A stretch of 64,000 nt of DNA from Polyangiaceae bacterium. Lineage in GTDB: Bacteria; Myxococcota_A; Polyangia; Polyangiales; Polyangiaceae. Positions within the stretch are counted from its first letter, which is position 1, and every line of letters begins with the position of its first letter. The position numbers and the translations under genes were made by a program. The notes below the pieces were generated by a model, which saw only the letters and a list, made by a program, of their open reading frames with translations, was not told the origin of the DNA and did no database searches. Of this stretch, positions 56,216-64,000 are shown one piece after another. The DNA lies in contig CBDCTZ010000016.1 of the NCBI GenBank assembly GCA_965222375.1, forward strand, positions 2,656,001-2,720,000. Reading direction: 5' to 3'.

Positions 56216-58471
56216 TCACGAAAAGCGGAAATTGTACTTCTCGATCGCGCGGTACTGACGCGGCCAAGACGGGGGTTGGCCCAGCTCTCCCGCAGCATGC
56301 CGCGTCCAGTAAGGATCGTGGAGGTGCCCGCGGGCGATGACACATAGGTCCGCGCGCTGCGCAGCAACGATGCTGTTGGCGTCTGAAAAGCTCTGGATGT
56401 TGCCCACGGTCATCGTGGGCACCCCGGCCTCCAGGCGGATGAACTCCGAAAGCGGTGTCTGGAACAACCGGCCGTAGGTTGGCTTTTGGTCCGGCACGGT
56501 CTGCCCCGCCGATACATCGATGATGTCGGCGCCGTGTTCGTGGAAGGTGCGGCCGATGACGACGGCGTCTTCCGGCGAGATGCCCCCTGGAGCCCAGTCG
56601 CTTGCTGAAATCCGCACGCTCATGGGCTTGTGTGCCGGCCACGCCTTTCGCACCGCCTCGAAGACCTGAAGTGGGAACTTCAAGCGAGCCTGAACGGCGC
56701 CGCCGTAGGCGTCAGTCCGTTGATTCGTCAGCGGAGACAGAAAACTCGACAGCAAGTAGCCGTGAGCGCAGTGCAACTCCAAAAGATCGAAGCCGGCGCG
56801 CTCCGCCATTTCTGCTGCGCGAACGTGATCTGCCACCACGCGCCGCATGTCGTCTTCGGTCATGGGCTTGGGCGTTTGGCTGTTTGGCAGATAGGGAATG
56901 GCCGACGCCGAAAGAAGGGGCCAGGCGCCGTCCTCCAGTGGTTCGTCCGGGCCGTCCCAGAGGCGTTTCGTAGCGCCCTTTCTGCCCGCGTGCCCCAGCT
57001 GCAGGCCGATCCGCGCCGAGGTATATTGATGCACGAAATCCGTAATCCGCTTCCAGGCCGTGACGTGCTCGGGCGAGTACATGCCCGCGCAACCCGGAGA
57101 GATGCGCCCGTCCGCAGACACGTTGGTCATCTCCGCGATCACCAGGCCCGCTCCGCCAACCGCGCGGCTGCCGAGGTGCACCAAGTGCCAGTCATTCACC
57201 GTGCCGTCTTCCGCGGAGTACATACACATAGGCGAGACGACGATGCGATTGTCGAGGACCAGATCGCGGAGCTTGTAGGGTGTCAGTAGGGGAGGGGGAG
57301 GCCGTTGTTGTGGAAAGTCGACACCACTCTGTTTGGCAGCCTTGGCTGCAACGGCCTGATCCACGCGTGCGATCAACTCGGGATCCCGCAAGCGGAGGTT
57401 TTCATGGGTGACACGCAGGCTGCGAGTCAACATGCTGAAGGTGAATTCCAAAGCGGGCAGTTTCAGGTAGCGTTCGGTGTTCTCGAACCACTCCAGGCTG
57501 ACCTGGGCCGCACGCTGCAAGCTTTCCACGACGCCTCTCCTCTCCCGCTCGTAGGCGTCGAGCGCCACGGATACGTCATCGTGTGCGACCACTGCATCTC
57601 TCAGGGCGATGGCGTCCTCCATCGCCAGTTTCGTGCCGGAACCGATAGAGAAGTGCGCGGTATGCACGGCGTCGCCCAATAAGACCACGTTGTCGAAATG
57701 CCAGTTGCGGTTCTTGACCGTCGGGAATTGGCGCCAAATGCTGCGGTTCTTCAGCAGCTTGTGTCCCGCAAGCTCCTTGGCGAAGAGCTTCTCGCAATAG
57801 GCAATGGTCTCGTCTTCGCTCGCCTTGTCCAGCCCAGCCGCCTTCCAGGTCTGTTCAGTGCATTCGACGATGAAGGTGCTGGTCTCCTTCTCGTAGCGGT
57901 ACGCGTGTACCCGGAAGAGTCCGTGCTCGTTCTGGTTGAAGTAGAACGTGAAGGCCTTGAACGGAAAGTCGGTGCCGAGCCAAACGAAGCGGTTGGGACG
58001 GAAGTCCACTTCCGGCTCGAAGCGATCCTGATACTTGTCTCGCAGCGCGGAGTTGACACCGTCGCACACCACGATCAGATCGGCGTCGCCAAACTGAGAG
58101 ACATCCGGACTGACCTCTCGTTCGAAATGGAGGTCAACGTCCACGTCGCGGCAGCGTTGGGTCAAGATGTTCAACAGCGTCTGCCGGGACAGGCCCGAGA
58201 AACCGTGCCCGGTGGAACGAACGACCTGACCATGAATGTGGGTATCAATGTCGTCCCAATGCGCCAGGGTCTTGGTGATGGCCTCGTAGCTTTGCGGGTC
58301 CGCCTCGGCGAGGTAGCTCATGGTTTGATCGCTGAACACGACGCCGAAGCCGAACGTGTCGCCGGCGCGGTGTCGCTCGAACACCTCCACTTCGTGGGAA
58401 GCGCTCGCTCGCTTCATCAACAACGCGAAATAGAGCCCGGCGGGACCGCCTCCGATGACCGCGATCTTCAT
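56216..58471 (-). CDS. Bifunctional salicylyl-CoA 5-hydroxylase/oxidoreductase-like (FAD monooxygenase plus OYE domain)
   Basis: [55 protein letters not shown]. Confidence 0.9.
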   Translation of the reverse strand: MKIAVIGGGPAGLYFALLMKRASASHEVEVFERHRAGDTFGFGVVFSDQTMSYLAEADPQSYEAITKTLAHWDDIDTHIHGQVVRSTGHGFSGLSRQTLLNILTQRCRDVDVDLHFEREVSPDVSQFGDADLIVVCDGVNSALRDKYQDRFEPEVDFRPNRFVWLGTDFPFKAFTFYFNQNEHGLFRVHAYRYEKETSTFIVECTEQTWKAAGLDKASEDETIAYCEKLFAKELAGHKLLKNRSIWRQFPTVKNRNWHFDNVVLLGDAVHTAHFSIGSGTKLAMEDAIALRDAVVAHDDVSVALDAYERERRGVVESLQRAAQVSLEWFENTERYLKLPALEFTFSMLTRSLRVTHENLRLRDPELIARVDQAVAAKAAKQSGVDFPQQRPPPPLLTPYKLRDLVLDNRIVVSPMCMYSAEDGTVNDWHLVHLGSRAVGGAGLVIAEMTNVSADGRISPGCAGMYSPEHVTAWKRITDFVHQYTSARIGLQLGHAGRKGATKRLWDGPDEPLEDGAWPLLSASAIPYLPNSQTPKPMTEDDMRRVVADHVRAAEMAERAGFDLLELHCAHGYLLSSFLSPLTNQRTDAYGGAVQARLKFPLQVFEAVRKAWPAHKPMSVRISASDWAPGGISPEDAVVIGRTFHEHGADIIDVSAGQTVPDQKPTYGRLFQTPLSEFIRLEAGVPTMTVGNIQSFSDANSIVAAQRADLCVIARGHLHDPYWTRHAAGELGQPPSWPRQYRAIEKYNFRFS

Positions 58472-58603
58472 GGCCGCTGCTTTTTGCATCGCTGCAGCCG
58501 GAGGTCGAGGGCCGGCTCCCGGAGGCCTCTGTTGGCCGCCAGATCCGCTGATTGTCGCCACAGACTTGACGAGCATCAATGGATGCCCCAAAAAGGAGAG
58601 ACC

Positions 58604-58969
58604 ATGAAAACGGCCCAATTCCTCATCTCCGGGCTCGCCGCGGCGGGTCTATTCCTCTCCGGCTCTGCGATGGCTGCGTCCACGCCTGACGTGAGCGCCC
58701 TATGTGGCGGTGGCAAGAAAGCGGAAGACGACAAGAAGAAGGACCGCAAGAATCCGAGCCCCGCGTGTGGCGGTGGCAAGGACGTGAAGAAGCCGGACAC
58801 GGACAAGAAGAAAAAGCTTCCCAGCCCGGCGGCCCTATGTGGCGGCGGCAAGAAAGCGGAAGACGACAAGAAGAAGGACCGCAAGAATCCGAGCCCCGCC
58901 TGCGGCGGTGGCAAGGACGTGAAGAAGCCGGACACGGACAAGAAGAAGAAGCTGCCGAGCCCGGCCTGA
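58604..58969 (+). CDS. Secreted 121-aa Lys/Asp-rich peptide with four CGGGK...PSPA units
   Basis: RBS AAGGAGA; signal peptide ending AMA; two 45-aa identical repeats; terminator follows. Confidence 0.85.
   Translation: MKTAQFLISGLAAAGLFLSGSAMAASTPDVSALCGGGKKAEDDKKKDRKNPSPACGGGKDVKKPDTDKKKKLPSPAALCGGGKKAEDDKKKDRKNPSPACGGGKDVKKPDTDKKKKLPSPA
58697..58966 (+). repeat. 2 x 135-bp tandem duplication
   Basis: Units 58697-58831 and 58832-58966, identical at protein level. Confidence 0.95.
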
Positions 58970-58988
58970 TTCTTCGGTCCACCCAGCG

Positions 58989-59030
58989 AACGGCCGCTCG
59001 CTACAGGCGACGCGGCCGTTTCTCATTTCC
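58989..59030 (+). terminator. Hairpin terminator
   Basis: AACGGCCGC-TCGC/GCGA-GCGGCCGTT stem followed by a T-rich tail, between convergent genes. Confidence 0.6.
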
Positions 59031-59078
59031 GGGCTGCTCGCGAGCGAGCGCCGCGAAGGTTGTTGGCGACCGCGGTGC

Positions 59079-60062
59079 TCAGCCCGACTTGCCGCAGCTG
59101 CGTTGGCTCACGACCGGCCACTGAGGCTGACACTGGTAGCCCTGGCAACTGTAGGACTTGCAGTAGTACCTGGAATTGCAGGCGCCGCTGTCCTTCGGCT
59201 CTTTACAGCTTCCACCACTGCAGTACAGACCGAACCCACACGACCACGAGGCGCCAAAGCAGGAGTCCCCAGCCTTCACGGCCTTGCAGGTGCCGCCGGA
59301 ACACCGCGTTCCCTTCGCGCAGTACACGCTCGTGTCGCACTTGCCCCCGGGTTGAACCACCTCGCTCTGGAAGCACCGCCCGCTGGAATCTCCGCAGCCA
59401 GAGACGCCGTGGGGAGCGGGCGCCGTGGCGCACTCGCCATCTTCGCTGCAAGAATCCCCTGGCTTCTTCTTGGGATCGAATATCCCGCGGCAGCTGTTCA
59501 AGACCTCCGAATACGGCGCCAAGTTCTCAGAGTGAAACTTGCACGTCTGTAAGATCCCGGCGGCCTGGGCGAGGCAAATGTCGATGTTTTTCACGTTGAA
59601 GGTGGCGTCCCCAGCGCCCACGGCCTTGACACGAGCCTCGCAGTCTGCCCTTTCGTTTTCGATGCACTTGGGCTCGTCGAATCCGTAGATCGATGTGCAA
59701 CAACTCTTGCGTAGCTTGCAGCGCTCTTGCGGGAGTTTGTCGCACACGTTGTCCAGGGAGTACCCGGGCGTGCCACCGCTACCCGGTATCCCGCCGCTAC
59801 CCGGGGTGCCGCCGGAGCCGGGCGTGCCACCGCTGCCAGGCGTGCCGCCGGAGCCAGCTTGACCCCCCGTTGCCGGAGCGGCGCCCTGACCGGCTTGCCC
59901 AGCGCTACCACTGGTGCCTCCGCCGGAACCCGTCGTCCCGCCAGTCGTAGCTCCTCCGCCTGAGCCCCCGAAGAGACCCCCGTCGCTACTGCTCCCGCAT
60001 GCCAGCGCCAAGGCCAAGGTGGGCGCGCACACGAGTGCGCGTCGCAGGAGTTGATGTGACAT
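59079..60062 (-). CDS. Lipoprotein with Gly-rich linker and Cys-rich domain
   Basis: LALAC lipobox; repeated GG(T/I)PGS 18-bp units; C..G..C repeats. Confidence 0.75.
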   Translation of the reverse strand: MSHQLLRRALVCAPTLALALACGSSSDGGLFGGSGGGATTGGTTGSGGGTSGSAGQAGQGAAPATGGQAGSGGTPGSGGTPGSGGTPGSGGIPGSGGTPGYSLDNVCDKLPQERCKLRKSCCTSIYGFDEPKCIENERADCEARVKAVGAGDATFNVKNIDICLAQAAGILQTCKFHSENLAPYSEVLNSCRGIFDPKKKPGDSCSEDGECATAPAPHGVSGCGDSSGRCFQSEVVQPGGKCDTSVYCAKGTRCSGGTCKAVKAGDSCFGASWSCGFGLYCSGGSCKEPKDSGACNSRYYCKSYSCQGYQCQPQWPVVSQRSCGKSG

Positions 60063-60166
60063 GAGAAGCCTCCAAGTTCGTCGTGACCCGAGACCAAAAC
60101 GAATCGGCGCCGCGCCACAATTGTAGCCTGGACCGAGAGCGCTTTCACGCTCCCTGCGACAAAAGC

Positions 60167-62491
60167 CTATTTCTCGACGCGGCGCCGCAGGAGGGCGGCG
60201 CCTAGGACGAGCAGCAGCCATGCTGCGCTCCCCGGCGCGGGTTCGGACCTCGGCGTGCGGCAACCGCATCCGCCATCGTCGTCGTCAGCGGCAGAGTTGG
60301 CTGCTCCAGCGCCGGCGCCGGCGCCGCCCGCGGCTCCACTACCCGCCCCGGCACCACTACCGCCGCCACCCGTGGCTCCTGCGGCACCGCCGCTACCGCC
60401 GACGCCGCCGTCCGGACCCGTCGCTTGAACCGTCACGCTCAATTCCAGATCGAAGGAAACGTCGCTGGAGCCCGAGCTGCTCTGCTTGACCATTGCTGCG
60501 ATGATGTTCTCGCCGCTGACGAAGGCACTCGTTGGCACCTGAGCGGTGGAAAGCTCGTTGTCTTGGGAGCTTGCGCTGTAGCTCGCGTAGTCCGTCGCCG
60601 TGATGTGCTTGCTGAGGACCTCCGTTCCGTTGACGAAGACGGCGACACCGTCGTCGTGGATCGCCTTCACTGAAGCATCCGTGACGAGGCCCGCAAGGTT
60701 GATCTTCTTTCGGAAGTACACTGTCGGAATGTTGGGGTCGGCATCATGGAGCTGTGTTGCTTCGTCTCCATCGCCGTAGCCGAGTTCCGCCTTGCCGCTC
60801 TTCCACGCGGAATCGTCGAAGCCTGAGCTGTTCCAACTCGCGCCGGGGTCCGGACCCTGATCCAAATAACTCCAGGTGTCACCGAAGCTGACCGGGACTT
60901 GTGGTCCGACGTTGCCGATGTTGAACCCGGCGTTGCTCTCGTCGAAGACGGCAGCTTTGGCTGATGCTGTGACCTTGACCAGCCCTTGGGTGGTGGTGAC
61001 CCCAGGCACGGTCCAAGTGTACGAGCCCGAGTTCTGCACATGGGTCGCGATGCTGACCCAATTCTTTCCGTCGTCGAGGGAGTAGTCCAGGTTCACGCTT
61101 GGGATGGTGCCGACGGTTGCCCAGCGGATAGTGGTGGGCTGGTTCGGATCGAGAGTCTCGCCACCGTCCGGAGACGCGATCACCAGGGCTTCACCCTTCA
61201 CCATCGTGAACCGATCCGTCACCTGAGCGTCGTGCCGTACGTTGATGATGCTCAGGCGATTGCCTTGAACATCCAAGATGCAGGACCCGTTCTGTTTTTC
61301 CGTGAAGTACATCAACGGGTGGTTGCCCGGTCCGGAAACACCGGTACCCCCGTGACCGGCGACGATGTACACGGCGCCGTTGCGGCCCGTGACGCCAGCC
61401 GGCTTCTGGTAGGGGCCAGTGCCGTCGAGCTTGCCGTCCCCGTTGTCCTTGATCTTCCCCGCTGCCGTCGTCGGCGTTTCGTAGGCGCCGTCCACTAGAT
61501 AGGAGCGTTCGTAGATGTGGGAGTGCCCGGCCAATACCAGGTCGACGCCGCCCGCCTCGAGAATGGGCAACGCCTTTTCCCGCATGTCCCGCAGTTGGCC
61601 CTCGGTATCGGAATCGTGGCTGCCCTTGGTATACGCCGGGTGATGGAAGTACGCGACGATCCACTCCTGCTTGGTCGCTGAGATGTCGTTCTTGGCCCAG
61701 GTGAGCATCGGGCCCGATGGCGAACGGTCTGAGTCGTGTGAGTCGAGGATGATGAAGTGCACGTTGGCGTAGTCGAAGGAGTAGTATGCCTCGGTGCCCG
61801 AGGGCAGGCCGCCCGCCTCCCCAGACTTGGGCAGAACGTAGGCCGTGTAGTACGGGCCGCTCTGGGTCCCCGAATCTGATGAGTGCCCTTCGTGATTGCC
61901 CATGGTGGGCCACATCACGGTGTTGCGTAGCACCGTGGGGTACATGGCGAAGAACTTCGACGTGAACTCCGAAGTGGTTCCGTCGGAATAGGCCATGTCG
62001 CCCATGTGCAGGTAGAGCTGGGGTCGGTACTGTCCGACGTGGGTGAGCATTGCGTCTCGGACCTTGGCCTGCTGGGACCCGCCGGTTCCGGAATCTCCCA
62101 CGATCCAAGCCCGGAACTTCGCGTCCGTGCCAACGGGGGGCGACGTCTCGAAGTAGTGACCAGCGTCGCCGCCAGCCCAGACCTGAGCCCCGGTTCCCAC
62201 GCTGTAGTAGTAGCGTGTGCTCGGCGACAGTCCGGTGATCTTCACCTCGTGCTGAGTTCCGGAGGGGCCGCTTGCGGTCTGGGTCAGCGCTGTCGGGCTG
62301 GCGCCGTACTTCACGACACCTGGAGAACTCGTGCTCGTCGTCCACACCACCGTCATGGAGTTCGGTGTGCCCTGGTGCAGATAGGGACTCCGCGCGAGCT
62401 GGGCATTGGCCGTGCCCGTCGATAGCAGGGCTGCGAGCAGCGCCCCTGCGGTTGCGCCAAAGTGCAGTCGAGGCTTGCAGACATGGGCCAT
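60167..62491 (-). CDS. Purple-acid-phosphatase-type metallophosphoesterase with FN3/beta-sandwich domains and MYXO-CTERM-type tail
   Basis: GDSG, GDMAY, GNHE, YFHHP, GHSHIYER; C-terminal GGCGC...WLLLVLGAALLRRR. Confidence 0.88.
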   Translation of the reverse strand: MAHVCKPRLHFGATAGALLAALLSTGTANAQLARSPYLHQGTPNSMTVVWTTSTSSPGVVKYGASPTALTQTASGPSGTQHEVKITGLSPSTRYYYSVGTGAQVWAGGDAGHYFETSPPVGTDAKFRAWIVGDSGTGGSQQAKVRDAMLTHVGQYRPQLYLHMGDMAYSDGTTSEFTSKFFAMYPTVLRNTVMWPTMGNHEGHSSDSGTQSGPYYTAYVLPKSGEAGGLPSGTEAYYSFDYANVHFIILDSHDSDRSPSGPMLTWAKNDISATKQEWIVAYFHHPAYTKGSHDSDTEGQLRDMREKALPILEAGGVDLVLAGHSHIYERSYLVDGAYETPTTAAGKIKDNGDGKLDGTGPYQKPAGVTGRNGAVYIVAGHGGTGVSGPGNHPLMYFTEKQNGSCILDVQGNRLSIINVRHDAQVTDRFTMVKGEALVIASPDGGETLDPNQPTTIRWATVGTIPSVNLDYSLDDGKNWVSIATHVQNSGSYTWTVPGVTTTQGLVKVTASAKAAVFDESNAGFNIGNVGPQVPVSFGDTWSYLDQGPDPGASWNSSGFDDSAWKSGKAELGYGDGDEATQLHDADPNIPTVYFRKKINLAGLVTDASVKAIHDDGVAVFVNGTEVLSKHITATDYASYSASSQDNELSTAQVPTSAFVSGENIIAAMVKQSSSGSSDVSFDLELSVTVQATGPDGGVGGSGGAAGATGGGGSGAGAGSGAAGGAGAGAGAANSAADDDDGGCGCRTPRSEPAPGSAAWLLLVLGAALLRRRVEK

Positions 62492-62695
62492 TTTCCAGAG
62501 TCTAGTCCGAACCCTGCGCCCGCGGCGGATGCTGTGTGGCGTCGCAGCCGCAAGTGCTTAAATGTATTGACTGTTTTTGCTAGGCGTCGCGGGCGGTGAC
62601 GGCTCCGCACCGAAAGCGCCACTCCTGGCCATCCGCTCGCGCAGTGGCGGTGGGCAGGAGTTGACGCTGCTGCCGCGTGTTGCCAAAACCCTGGA

Positions 62696-62971
62696 ATGTC
62701 GAAGACGGTGAAGTGCGTGAAACTGGGCCAGGAAGCCGAGGCCCTGGACAAGCCACCTTTCAAAGGCGAGCTGGGGCAGCGTGTGTACGAGAACGTGTCC
62801 AAAGAGGGCTGGCGGATCTGGCTCGAGCACTCGAAGATGCTCATCAACGAGTTTCGCCTGGACCTGACCAGTGAGCAGGGGCAGCACGTCTGGATGACAG
62901 AGTGCGAGAAGTTCTTCTTCGGAGAGGGCTCTGAATTGCCGCCGGAGTTCGTTGCGACCAAAGGCGGATGA
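62696..62971 (+). CDS. yggX: Fe(II)-trafficking/oxidative damage protection protein
   Basis: V.C.KL..EAE.L..PP..GELG.R....VSK..W..W.....MLINE.RL. Confidence 0.9.
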   Translation: MSKTVKCVKLGQEAEALDKPPFKGELGQRVYENVSKEGWRIWLEHSKMLINEFRLDLTSEQGQHVWMTECEKFFFGEGSELPPEFVATKGG

Positions 62972-63966
62972 GCGTGCTCCGCCGAGCTTGCGCACTGGGT
63001 ATGGCCGTGGGTTGCGTGTTGGCGTGCGCTTCCAAGAAGCCCCCGCCGCCAATGATCGAGACGCGTGCGGCCGATGTGGGTGTCGGACGTGACGAGCCTG
63101 AGCGCGAACCCACGGAACTGGCGAAAAAGCCAAAGCCCGCGCAGGGGAGCGAAACGGTTCCTGTACCGGCGGGGGAAGCGCCGAAGCCTCTCGAGACCCA
63201 AGGCGGGCCCATCCCCGCAGCTGGAGGTGGCGCGCCCCGGGTTACACTACTCAAACCCGGTGCTGAGCCGCGCAAAGTCGCAAAGCACGCTTTTCGCAAA
63301 GGCGCGAAGCAGAGGCTCAAGTTTGCCTCGACGTCGAAGATAACGGGTGTGTCGTTGCCCTTGCCCGACATTCGCATGAGCGCTCCAATCAACATCCGCA
63401 TCATTCAGGTGAGCAAAGACGGCGACGCGAAGTTCACGTATTCCGCGGGCCCCTTTGCGGTCGGCCAGGGCGGCGGCGCCCTGGGTGGAATCCTGGGCGG
63501 GCTCGCAGGCGGCCTGGGCAGCAAAATGCCCGAGCGCGTCGTCGCGACCGGGTGGGTCACCCCTCAAGGTATCGTACGGGAGTTCAACGTCGAGCAAGGG
63601 GGCAAGGACGGTGACGCCCCGGTGGAAGTTGGGGATGCCTTCCCCAAAGAGCCCATTGGAAGGGGCGCAGAGTGGCAAGTCGACGTCACCCTGGATGAAA
63701 AGAAGGGCCCCGTGAACCAAACCAGCCGCTATGAGCTACTTAGCTTCGCGGGAAAGACCGTCAAGGTCAAGGTGCGGCGCACTCAGCAGCCGGTCGGTGG
63801 CTCCGCGGATGGTGCTGGGTCCAGCGAGGGCACGCTTTCTTTCACCCTCGGCGGTTTCTATCCCACGGGTCGCTCGTCCATGGACAAGGCAATGAACGTC
63901 GCGCTGCCCGGGATGGGATCGACGCCGATTCGCATGAAGAGCACGGTCAACGTCACGAAGCGCTGA
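62968..63966 (+). CDS. Hypothetical lipoprotein
   Basis: VLAC lipobox; LL.PGAEPR, FP.EPIG.GA.W.V pattern. Confidence 0.65.
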   Translation: MSVLRRACALGMAVGCVLACASKKPPPPMIETRAADVGVGRDEPEREPTELAKKPKPAQGSETVPVPAGEAPKPLETQGGPIPAAGGGAPRVTLLKPGAEPRKVAKHAFRKGAKQRLKFASTSKITGVSLPLPDIRMSAPINIRIIQVSKDGDAKFTYSAGPFAVGQGGGALGGILGGLAGGLGSKMPERVVATGWVTPQGIVREFNVEQGGKDGDAPVEVGDAFPKEPIGRGAEWQVDVTLDEKKGPVNQTSRYELLSFAGKTVKVKVRRTQQPVGGSADGAGSSEGTLSFTLGGFYPTGRSSMDKAMNVALPGMGSTPIRMKSTVNVTKR

Positions 63967-63969
63967 CGG

Positions 63970-64000
63970 TTACTTGAGCAACGCCTCGAAGAGCTCGAGG
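63970..64000 (-). CDS. Probable 3' end of a gene entering from the right edge
   Basis: ...LELFEALLK-TAA reading frame converging on the previous gene. Confidence 0.3.
   Translation of the reverse strand, partial: LELFEALLK

Noticed and set aside
56199..56642. N-terminal extension of the CBS ORF
   Set aside because: Overlaps the hydroxylase in another frame; the CBS domain starts at ATG 56198.
57698..58603. N-terminal 300 aa of the 423-aa ORF 57698-58969
   Set aside because: Antisense to the hydroxylase gene; the real start is ATG 58604 with a strong RBS and signal peptide.
58697..58966. Repeats as a possible CRISPR array
   Set aside because: In-frame coding tandem duplication with no unique spacers and no cas genes.
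59764..59853. 18-bp GG(T/I)PGS repeats
   Set aside because: Ordinary Gly-rich linker of myxobacterial lipoproteins.

Overview
High-GC bacterial chromosomal window, very likely from a myxobacterium (Myxococcota). The support for that is a MYXO-CTERM-type sorting tail, FHA, PEGA and MshEN proteins, a eukaryote-like Ser/Thr kinase, a TPR-sigma54 activator and Cys/Gly-rich lipoproteins. It holds about 48 CDSs, mostly housekeeping or transport (ccmB, nadD, hisD, cysK, accC-like, xseA, aroE, hflKC, rfbC, an ABC/HlyD/TolC efflux operon with TetR, YggX). I saw no rRNA, tRNA, CRISPR array or mobile element. The most notable structure is a tandem pair of ~1570-aa lipoprotein metzincin-type metalloprotease paralogs (13771-23649). 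One copy is intact (HEVGHSLGMLH plus Met-turn). The other looks like a pseudo-protease (HGIGHSLGMLH, Met-turn Met->Leu). Each has its own sigma54 -24/-12 promoter and the same 14-bp upstream element at about -100, in opposite orientations. Nearby, a TPR-rich sigma54 activator is translationally coupled to a small secreted lipoprotein with two PxPYPW motifs, an RRNPP-like receptor-plus-peptide layout. Also of note: a secreted 4x CGGGK repeat peptide whose duplicated halves differ only synonymously, an unannotated 49-aa membrane ORF, further apparent pseudo-enzymes, and a recurring leaderless-type promoter signature. All calls come from motif reading by eye; no database searches were run.
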